DNA from: a virus
Lineage: Duplodnaviria > Heunggongvirae > Uroviricota > Caudoviricetes
Length of the DNA: 64,000 nt
Virus record (IMG/VR): IMGVR_UViG_3300042901_002340
Strand: one strand, 5' to 3'
Positions 49,235-56,587 of this stretch are shown here, one piece after another; the first letter of the stretch is position 1; each line of letters starts with the position of its first letter. The notes below the pieces were generated by a model that was not told the DNA's origin, did not search any database, and saw only the letters and a list, made by a program, of their open reading frames with translations. Both the position numbers and the translations under genes were made by a program.

Positions 49235-49561
49235 TTAAAGATCGTGAATAGCATACTGTATTTCTTCGTGGTGTTCGTCTAATAGATTTTCAAGATTCTC
49301 TATGAAATCCTGATTTATATTCTTATAGCACACAAGTATACCATCACACTTTGTACTATATATTCCTTGTAGTATTTTCTTTCGAATAGTGTAGTTTATT
49401 ACAAATTCGGATTCTCTAGTTAAATTATCAAGTTCATAGCCAAGATCCCTTATTATTTTGGATATATCCACAACATAGAAATCAGAACCGATGGTAGATC
49501 TTTTTTTGGCTTCCTTCGGAGAATATTTGGATAAATAAAAATTTACTTTAATTTCCTGCAT
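49235..49561 (-). CDS. Hypothetical protein
   Basis: 108-aa ORF overlapping the upstream gene by 14 nt. Confidence 0.6.
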   Translation of the reverse strand: MQEIKVNFYLSKYSPKEAKKRSTIGSDFYVVDISKIIRDLGYELDNLTRESEFVINYTIRKKILQGIYSTKCDGILVCYKNINQDFIENLENLLDEHHEEIQYAIHDL

Positions 49562-49838
49562 TATTATCTTTTGATTCTATGGTATCCCAATCTTTGTTGA
49601 TCAGCATGGATTGGAATGAGAAATATTCAGAATCCTGTTGTCTGTACATAAAGAAATTATCACCAGAATCTTCCACATTTTCTTTTTTTAATTGGTCATT
49701 CTTAACCTTTTGCAAATGAATTCTATGTTTATTTTTTCCCTCCTCTATTTTTGCTTTATTGTCAAAAGGATCTTTTTTAGATATATTTAATAGACCCATA
49801 GATTTTAAAATCTGTCTTCTTTGTCTTCTGTTACTCAT
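49548..49838 (-). CDS. Small basic hypothetical protein (NRRQRR N-terminus)
   Basis: 96-aa ORF with operon-like packing. Confidence 0.6.
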   Translation of the reverse strand: MSNRRQRRQILKSMGLLNISKKDPFDNKAKIEEGKNKHRIHLQKVKNDQLKKENVEDSGDNFFMYRQQDSEYFSFQSMLINKDWDTIESKDNNAGN

Positions 49839-49849
49839 GGAATAAATAA

Positions 49850-50434
49850 TTAAATTTCAACGTCTTTGAATCCACTCTCCTCGCCGAAAACGGAATCTTC
49901 TCGGTTATATAAATCCATACCAACTACAAACTTGAACAATTTTAAAAATAATCCAGGAATAAATATATCCTTGGCCTTAACTACATCGTTGGCTGGTATG
50001 AAATGAAATACTGCATTTTTTTCTTGTTCGGATCCATCCCCCTCAGCCTTCCCTTTCTCAATCCCAGTAACATCAACTGCAAATGCTGGATACTCCTTAT
50101 CCACAAATTTATTACCAGAAACTGTACCTAAGAAATACCATTTTTTGCTATCCTGTATATCGTAGCCTGACTCCTCCAATAATTCTCTTTTAGCTGTTGC
50201 TAAATAATCAGGATCCTCCTCGTCACAGGTACCCGTTATTAAGCTTTGTGCATTTCCACCATCTCTAAAAAGATTTTTCTCCTTGAGAACACCGATCATC
50301 AAAGGAAGTCCCTGATCATCACTTATGAAAGGTAATATCATAACGGTTTCAACCCTCGATACAATACCTGGTTTTTCTTCCCTCTCGACAACGTCGAATT
50401 TTGGAGTTTCTAGTAATATTTTTTCTTTATTCAT
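49850..50434 (-). CDS. Nudix hydrolase
   Basis: Nudix box variant GTCDEEDPDYLATAKRELLEESGY. Confidence 0.85.
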   Translation of the reverse strand: MNKEKILLETPKFDVVEREEKPGIVSRVETVMILPFISDDQGLPLMIGVLKEKNLFRDGGNAQSLITGTCDEEDPDYLATAKRELLEESGYDIQDSKKWYFLGTVSGNKFVDKEYPAFAVDVTGIEKGKAEGDGSEQEKNAVFHFIPANDVVKAKDIFIPGLFLKLFKFVVGMDLYNREDSVFGEESGFKDVEI

Positions 50435-51083
50435 TATTTTCTTTTTTATTTGACTGGGATCTAGGAGATTTTACAGTTTCTTTCTTATCCGAAAGGTAGT
50501 ACGTTTTTCTTATAGATTCAGAGAGAGATGCCTTTATATCATCTATATCAACTCCACATAATACAAAATCTATTATCTCCTTCTCCGCGTCATCAAAAGA
50601 AGTCGATAAAACCTCATACAACTCCTTCGAAGGTAGATTGAGTTTAATTTTTATACCAACTTCAACAGCATTCTTCTTTTGTTTTTTTAACAGTTTATAT
50701 ATCGGTGATTCATCTTCACCATTTTTAACTGTAGGGTCACTATAAATGATAGAGGTTACACTAGATGGCTTTGATACCTCGATAAATTCAGCCCTTATAC
50801 CTAGATCCTGTTTAGGCGGAGCTGGATAGTACATAAGAAATTCATCAATAATATTAATATTCATTCTTTTACCACTAGCGAATTCAACAAAAAAGTCGCT
50901 ACCTGATAACGAGACGTTTTTATAATTTTCAATAGATCCAACGTCATCACCTTTAATCCATTGAAACTCCATGTTGCTATACATAGATTTTAATTCATCG
51001 ATGCTTTTAATTTCAGCTAAATTCATTCTTTTCGGTTTTTTATTTTTTGACGAAAAAAGATTTGTAATATTGAAGTTTACCAT
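50427..51083 (-). CDS. Hypothetical protein
   Basis: 218-aa ORF overlapping the Nudix start by 8 nt. The start may instead be the ATG at 51026. Confidence 0.6.
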   Translation of the reverse strand: MVNFNITNLFSSKNKKPKRMNLAEIKSIDELKSMYSNMEFQWIKGDDVGSIENYKNVSLSGSDFFVEFASGKRMNINIIDEFLMYYPAPPKQDLGIRAEFIEVSKPSSVTSIIYSDPTVKNGEDESPIYKLLKKQKKNAVEVGIKIKLNLPSKELYEVLSTSFDDAEKEIIDFVLCGVDIDDIKASLSESIRKTYYLSDKKETVKSPRSQSNKKENNE

Positions 51084-51123
51084 TTGTATTTTCTTTTTCC
51101 TTTTCGAGTCTTATCCATACAAG

Positions 51124-51163
51124 AACTCCATTACATAAACATTGTAGATTATATAATGGAGTT
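51124..51163. promoter_or_regulatory. 15-bp imperfect inverted repeat overlapping a GAAA-N20-TACAAT site
   Basis: aactccattacataa-N10-ttatataatggagtt, with one mismatch. Confidence 0.5.
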
Positions 51164-51181
51164 TTGTTTCGTTATTTATGA

Positions 51182-52144
51182 CTAATTTACTAAGTTTTTT
51201 GGAAATATTTTTATTATTTTGTCTTCAGTAGTAAAAGTGTTTGCAATATTTCTAAGATCCTTCAGTTTCTTTCCGTCCTCAATTCTAGATTTTTTAATTT
51301 CTGGACTTAAGTTTTCGCCATTCTCATTTTTAAAAGCAGAAGATCTTTTCTCAAAGTGATCATAGAAATTCTGTCTGTCCTCAGAATCATCAACACCTAA
51401 TGATTTCTTAAGAAGGAAATATAATCTATGATTTTTTTTAACGTCACTCAGATCAGATTCATCCTCAAGGTTTGGTAGATCTTCATTATAAAAATAGAAA
51501 TTATGTTTACCATCTTTGCTTTTTATCTCCACTGAAGGCGAGGTTTCACCATTATTTCTGTACATCTTGAAATTACCAAGAAGCTGTTTAGATGATTTTT
51601 TATTCACATCTATAGAAATACCATTATCAAGTAGAACCTCATATTCATTATCACCTGTCATCTTCTTAACATCCGATATCTCACACGGTATCCCTATTAT
51701 ATCCATTATATGATAGATATCATTCCTTATGGTGTCGACAATGTCACCGGAATATAGTTTGTCTCTCATCTTGCTATTGTATAGATCCTCTATAAAATCC
51801 TCAAGCTTTGCCCTATTTTCCTCTGTGTTCAACCAATTACTTTCACCGGATATCGTAATCTTGCATGATTCATCACTGGTATTCTTTATTTCGCAGTGTT
51901 CCTTGGGTATCCACAGATCCTTCATTTTTTTACCCATATAGTTATGAAACGATAATCTAACATTTTTTGGGGAATCCTTTGTAAGTAAAATTTTTCCGAA
52001 AGGTGGATCCATGTTACCATCATCAAATCTTTCAGCCTCTAATTCATACCCATCATCGGATATCGAATTTACACCTGGAATTTCCTCGTAGATTTGGGAA
52101 GTACCCTCATTTAGGATAAAATCTTTAAATTTTAAAAATCTCAT
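51182..52144 (-). CDS. Putative internal head protein
   Basis: N-terminus MRFLKFKDFILNE resembles the T4 capsid-targeting sequence followed by a protease site. Confidence 0.55.
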   Translation of the reverse strand: MRFLKFKDFILNEGTSQIYEEIPGVNSISDDGYELEAERFDDGNMDPPFGKILLTKDSPKNVRLSFHNYMGKKMKDLWIPKEHCEIKNTSDESCKITISGESNWLNTEENRAKLEDFIEDLYNSKMRDKLYSGDIVDTIRNDIYHIMDIIGIPCEISDVKKMTGDNEYEVLLDNGISIDVNKKSSKQLLGNFKMYRNNGETSPSVEIKSKDGKHNFYFYNEDLPNLEDESDLSDVKKNHRLYFLLKKSLGVDDSEDRQNFYDHFEKRSSAFKNENGENLSPEIKKSRIEDGKKLKDLRNIANTFTTEDKIIKIFPKNLVN

Positions 52145-52152
52145 ACTTTTAG

Positions 52153-52599
52153 TTAGGATCCGAAGACCACAGTTATTTTGAAATTTCTAGCTTCCGTTGA
52201 TTTACTCATATCAATAGAAATAGATTTAGGGTAAGTAGGTATAAGTACCTCCCCCTTTTCAATCAATATTTGGTTATAATCTATAGTCCTACCTGGGATT
52301 AGATCCATGTCAAATTCTTTAGATTCGTTAGGATAATCATCAACCTCGAAATCAAGTTCCATTGAATTAACGGTTATATCCATGCTATCAATTCCTGATT
52401 TTTTTATAACCAGATTAACAGAATAATCTATAAAAATTTTAGCATCGGAAATATCATCATATTCCTCAGGTCTATTTACTATATCTATATCAGTGTATCC
52501 CAATTCGATACCAAAAGTGTAGTCATTTGTATTAGCTGGCTTCTTGCTATCATTAAAAGCGGAATAATCGTAAATTCTTCCCTCGTTGATTCTTTTCAT
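52153..52599 (-). CDS. Putative internal head/virion protein
   Basis: N-terminus MKRINEGRIYDYSAF. GATATATA motif about 20 nt upstream. Confidence 0.5.
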   Translation of the reverse strand: MKRINEGRIYDYSAFNDSKKPANTNDYTFGIELGYTDIDIVNRPEEYDDISDAKIFIDYSVNLVIKKSGIDSMDITVNSMELDFEVDDYPNESKEFDMDLIPGRTIDYNQILIEKGEVLIPTYPKSISIDMSKSTEARNFKITVVFGS

Positions 52600-52618
52600 T
52601 TATGGAATTCTTTTAAAG

Positions 52619-52626
52619 TATATATC
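52619..52626 (-). promoter_or_regulatory. GATATATA putative late promoter
   Basis: About 20 nt upstream of ATG 52599. Confidence 0.65.
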
Positions 52627-52684
52627 CATTTAGAAAAAATTAGAACGTAAATATATAAGGAGATCAAACTTTTAAAAGTTAAAG

Positions 52685-53410
52685 ATGAAAAATTTAAGCA
52701 CCATTTGGTTTATAAAGGAACCAATAGACACAGAGCACAAAGAATACGTTCTCTTAGATTACTTGAAATCGATAAGTAGAAACATAAATTCAAAAAATTG
52801 CTATCCCATATTAAGGTCTGTTTCAAAAATAGTCAAGTCGCTCAACGAGTTTAAAAAAAATAGTTCAATAGGAGCTGGAATAATCTCTCAATTAAACGAT
52901 GACGAAAAGGAGTATATAAAAAACTTTGACTTCAACAAGTTAGAAAAATCCAAGAGGGATATAATAATAGCCATAATAGAATCCTCGCTAGAAACACTAT
53001 ACGAATATTCGGAGATATTTCTTGATATGCTGAAGGAAGAGGAATCTAAGATAAAGATATTCAAGGTACAATCCAAATTTAATTCTGAAAAAGAGGAACC
53101 AGCGAATTCTGGTATATTGATAATCAGAAATATGGTGACTGATAAAATTATACCATACTATTGGCAAGGATCAGTTACTCTAAAAACGGAGAATGGTAAT
53201 AAACAAATATGTGTATTGAAAAAAATAATTCTTAGAAATTCTAGATATTCTATGAATTATGAATTTATATACCATGAAATTCTTGATGAATTTTCAATAG
53301 AAAAAAACGTATCTCCCGAACTTTTCGTTATAGAGATCTACGAGGATTTCGACGAAAATTCTGACATTTACAAATTAGCCAAAGAAAAATTCATAGAAAC
53401 CATCACATAA
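52685..53410 (+). CDS. Hypothetical protein
   Basis: 241-aa ORF that fills the gap and ends at a bidirectional terminator. Confidence 0.7.
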   Translation: MKNLSTIWFIKEPIDTEHKEYVLLDYLKSISRNINSKNCYPILRSVSKIVKSLNEFKKNSSIGAGIISQLNDDEKEYIKNFDFNKLEKSKRDIIIAIIESSLETLYEYSEIFLDMLKEEESKIKIFKVQSKFNSEKEEPANSGILIIRNMVTDKIIPYYWQGSVTLKTENGNKQICVLKKIILRNSRYSMNYEFIYHEILDEFSIEKNVSPELFVIEIYEDFDENSDIYKLAKEKFIETIT

Positions 53411-53439
53411 AAAAAGAGAGCAAATGCTCTCTTTTTTTT
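53409..53439. terminator. Bidirectional intrinsic terminator
   Basis: A-run-GAGAGC-aaat-GCTCTC-T-run between convergent genes. Confidence 0.85.
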
Positions 53440-53452
53440 ATTGTATATGATT

Positions 53453-53788
53453 TTAGAAATCTGATAATTTCTTAATGAAGCTATCATTATTTTCAGATTC
53501 GCTTGTATTAAAAGCAGTACCAAATGATCCAGCATCAGCCATTCCTGATTTTCCATCAACATCAACTCTATATCCAGGTACATCTATTTTAGATTGGTTC
53601 CCAAACACTGCATCTGCATACCCAACGAAATCATATCTGGGTTCTCTTTTTATTTTTGATAATCCATTAGCATCATTACCATTCGTTTGGTTTGCTGGTG
53701 CAAATGGTTTATATTTGTCATCATGAACTTTTGTTAAAAATTTATCAAAGTCCAATATATCCCTTTTGCTTACGTCTTTCTGATTCAT
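53453..53788 (-). CDS. Small putative internal head protein
   Basis: 111 aa. ILDFDKF near the N-terminus and IKKLSDF at the C-terminus. Confidence 0.5.
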   Translation of the reverse strand: MNQKDVSKRDILDFDKFLTKVHDDKYKPFAPANQTNGNDANGLSKIKREPRYDFVGYADAVFGNQSKIDVPGYRVDVDGKSGMADAGSFGTAFNTSESENNDSFIKKLSDF

Positions 53789-53803
53789 TTCCTATATTTT
53801 ATT

Positions 53804-54460
53804 TTATGCTACTGATGCTACCGAGTTATTACCGCCTAACAATCCGCCTAATATATTACCAACGAAAGATTCTCCACCGTCTGATCCTCCACCATCCTGT
53901 GGTTTATAATCTGTTCTTTTACCGGCTACCTTAGAAAGAGCATCACTAAATTGTTGTTTGTCTTTCTTATCCAGTGATGAAATCAGATTACCCCCAACGT
54001 TTTCCTCACCAAAAAGATCAAAAAGGAACTTTTCGATCCTTTCTTTTCCTGTTGCCTTATCTTGTATAGTATTTACTATCGTTCTTACTATCAATCCATT
54101 GGGTTCAAGACCAATAGAATCGGTAATTCCCTCAAATCCCTTTCTTTCTAATGTGAATTGTATGGCTTCTGCAATTTTAGGGATGAAGAATTTCATATTT
54201 CTATTATCACCACTAAGTATACCTGGCCATTCTTTCATATCTATACTAGAAACTACCTGTTGTAAAAACTCAGAAGCAATAGATTTTTCTCTTATCCCTA
54301 GCTTTTCCATAAGCATAGCGACGAATTTTTGTTTTATCGTATCAATAAAACCATCACCTAAATATCCAATGGTTTTACCTAGTAATCCCATTACATCAAA
54401 GTCTTCATGAATTTGTTCCTCATTAGAGAAAGAATCAAAATCTTTAACTATTCTTGTCAT
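53804..54460 (-). CDS. Putative internal head protein (start corrected to ATG 54460)
   Basis: MTRIVKDFDSFSNEEQIHE N-terminus. The track's TTG start at 54490 lies just upstream of the GATATATA motif (54480-54487), so that reading would run through the promoter. Confidence 0.6.
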   Translation of the reverse strand: MTRIVKDFDSFSNEEQIHEDFDVMGLLGKTIGYLGDGFIDTIKQKFVAMLMEKLGIREKSIASEFLQQVVSSIDMKEWPGILSGDNRNMKFFIPKIAEAIQFTLERKGFEGITDSIGLEPNGLIVRTIVNTIQDKATGKERIEKFLFDLFGEENVGGNLISSLDKKDKQQFSDALSKVAGKRTDYKPQDGGGSDGGESFVGNILGGLLGGNNSVASVA

Positions 54461-54479
54461 TCTTAGATTTTTATTTATG

Positions 54480-54487
54480 TATATATC
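54480..54487 (-). promoter_or_regulatory. GATATATA putative late promoter
   Basis: About 20 nt upstream of ATG 54460. Confidence 0.65.
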
Positions 54488-54511
54488 CAAGAAGATTCAG
54501 ATTAATAAAGA

Positions 54512-55918
54512 CTATGATTTAGATAGAAATAAATCAACAGCTTTTTGTCTATAAGCCAATTTATCCTCCTTTATCTCTGGATTTTTCAATGCTTCTTTCC
54601 TTCTATTAACAACAGAATCAGGAAGCATAGGACCGAAGGTGTCCTTAAGTATTTTTTTGTCGGTTCTCCATTCCAATGGAAGATGCATAGCAAATCGAAC
54701 TATATCATTATTCAAAAAGGGTGATCTTAATTCAAGGGTATGTGCCATTGACATTTTATCTAATCTAGGAAGGTGATAGAAACTAAGTTCCTGGAATATA
54801 TCAGATTTCTGTGAATCGTACTCGTGTATGCGAGAGTACCCTCCGAATAGCTCGTCAGATCCATCCCCACTGATAACTATTCTATAATCTGTATTTTTTC
54901 TAATGGATTCAAATAAATGATATTGTGGAATCACAGAGCCAAGATCTATTGGTGATTCGTTCCATTGAGCGTATATAAGAGCATTTTTTTCCGGATCCAT
55001 ATCATATTCTAGAAAATTTGTAGAAGTGCCTAAATGAGCTTCTAAATCATTAACAAAGGGGGTTTCTCCATTCTCTATGCTGAACCATTTGACATCAGCA
55101 CCAGTTTCCTTAAGAATTGCTGCTATTATTGCGGAATCAAGACCACCAGAGACCAATATTGATATTGGATAGTTTCTAGAAACAAGTCTATTATTAACAC
55201 TTTCGAACATCTTGTCCCATAGCCAATCCTTATGCGTTTCGTAATCCTCACCAACAAGTTCAGGTATAGGGGTATCCCAGATTCTATAGTATTCGTTATA
55301 AGTCTGCTCAAACATAGGGGATTCCATATTCCAGGAATATATTGTATTTGGCAACAATCTTTTTATGTTTGTGTAAGAAGTCCTATTATCGGTATTATAA
55401 CCAAATTTTCTAACAGTACTTATGAATTTTTCATCTATTCTGGAGTTATTTGTATATAGGCCCTTAATCTCTGAGCAAACCTCACCAAGCTCATTTTTAT
55501 ATAGACATTTCTTTCCGAGAGGATCAGTAAATGCTATAACTTGTCCAGTTACTGTGCTGTATAAAACTATTGACCAGAATCCATCCCATGTGCAAATATG
55601 CGGAATGTACATTGCGGAAAAGAATTCAAGGTAAGTCCCACCGAGTTTAGAAAACAAATTACAAAGATATTCTGTATCGGAAGAAAATAGATTCCGATCA
55701 TAATTAAATATCTCACCGTTAAACATCATATAGATATCCTTAGAGACATTAATCGGCTGACCCCAATCATCACCATCCAAAGTTTGAATTGGTAGTCTAT
55801 GATGACATAACGTCACATTACCGAAGGTCTCGGTATGACTCTCTATACCTCTATGCTTTATAGAATCTAATATTTCGGGATTTGTCTTAGCCCCAGTAGT
55901 TAATATTATACCGCACAT
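54512..55918 (-). CDS. Asparagine synthetase B-like glutamine amidotransferase
   Basis: N-terminal MCGI (Ntn Cys), HHRL.I, FNGEIFNY, SGGLDS PP-loop, SGDGSDELFGGY, DKMSMAHTLELRSPFL. Confidence 0.9.
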   Translation of the reverse strand: MCGIILTTGAKTNPEILDSIKHRGIESHTETFGNVTLCHHRLPIQTLDGDDWGQPINVSKDIYMMFNGEIFNYDRNLFSSDTEYLCNLFSKLGGTYLEFFSAMYIPHICTWDGFWSIVLYSTVTGQVIAFTDPLGKKCLYKNELGEVCSEIKGLYTNNSRIDEKFISTVRKFGYNTDNRTSYTNIKRLLPNTIYSWNMESPMFEQTYNEYYRIWDTPIPELVGEDYETHKDWLWDKMFESVNNRLVSRNYPISILVSGGLDSAIIAAILKETGADVKWFSIENGETPFVNDLEAHLGTSTNFLEYDMDPEKNALIYAQWNESPIDLGSVIPQYHLFESIRKNTDYRIVISGDGSDELFGGYSRIHEYDSQKSDIFQELSFYHLPRLDKMSMAHTLELRSPFLNNDIVRFAMHLPLEWRTDKKILKDTFGPMLPDSVVNRRKEALKNPEIKEDKLAYRQKAVDLFLSKS

Positions 55919-55928
55919 ATATTTCTAT

Positions 55929-56483
55929 TTAATCGTTTATGTAAATTTTTAATCTCTCGACACTATCATCATCGAATTTATTCTCAAATATCTTTATGTT
56001 TTGGAATCCAAGTTCCACGAATTTAAAAATAACAAAATTAAAAGCGGATCTCTCTTTATCGTCAAATTCTGCATAATCCCACTGATCCTTGTTTCTGTCC
56101 GATTTATCCGGATTATCACCCTTTATGTAAATAACGGTGATTTCTGACATAAGATCATGTTTCTTAATGTATTCAATTTGTTTTATAACATCATCCTCAG
56201 TTATTCTATTCTCCGATAAACCCCAAGCTAAAACTGTCAATATTCCTCTATCGTGTATATAGTCAGGAAGAGATCTTTTAAGATCCCTTGCTATTTGCAT
56301 TATCATAAGTTCTTTACCCATAGAAAATGAGTGGGCTTCCCTGTTATCCTTACTCGACAATTCTAACATATTAAAGTAACTACCAAAATCAAATTGAAAT
56401 CTTGGTATAATTAGATTTGTCTCCATTGCTTTGGAAAGATAACTCTTTCCAGAATTTCTAGGTCCTTCAAATACGTATATCAT
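55929..56483 (-). CDS. P-loop nucleotide monophosphate kinase (dTMP/dNMP kinase-like)
   Basis: IYVFEGPRNSGKS Walker A and YIHDRG (DR) motif; 184 aa. Confidence 0.75.
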   Translation of the reverse strand: MIYVFEGPRNSGKSYLSKAMETNLIIPRFQFDFGSYFNMLELSSKDNREAHSFSMGKELMIMQIARDLKRSLPDYIHDRGILTVLAWGLSENRITEDDVIKQIEYIKKHDLMSEITVIYIKGDNPDKSDRNKDQWDYAEFDDKERSAFNFVIFKFVELGFQNIKIFENKFDDDSVERLKIYIND

Positions 56484-56487
56484 AAAT

Positions 56488-56516
56488 ATTATAGAGGTAA
56501 AAATTAATTTGATTTC
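56488..56516 (-). promoter_or_regulatory. GAAA-N19-TATAAT putative early/middle promoter (kinase-AsnB pair)
   Basis: The - strand reads GAAATCAAATTAATTTTTACCTCTATAAT, ending 4 nt before the ATG and just downstream of a terminator. Confidence 0.45.
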
Positions 56517-56534
56517 GACCCTGTAAAATTACAC

Positions 56535-56565
56535 AAAAAAAAGGAGGATTTTTAAGATCCTCCTT
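56535..56565 (-). terminator. Intrinsic terminator after the 838-aa gene
   Basis: The - strand reads AAGGAGGAT-cttaaaa-ATCCTCCTT followed by a T-run. Confidence 0.85.
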
Positions 56566-56587
56566 GATTAATTTATTTAACTGTGTA

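Noticed and set aside
53958-54410. 150-aa + strand ORF and similar antisense ORFs (e.g. 40329..40691, 26596..26910, 57993..58265)
   Set aside because: They are fully antisense to well-supported genes, have the Ser/Ile/Phe-rich composition typical of reverse-frame shadows, and show no promoter or leader signal.
54461-54490. N-terminal extension MDIYINKNLR from the TTG start
   Set aside because: It runs through the GATATATA box. ATG 54460 gives typical promoter spacing and a targeting-type N-terminus.
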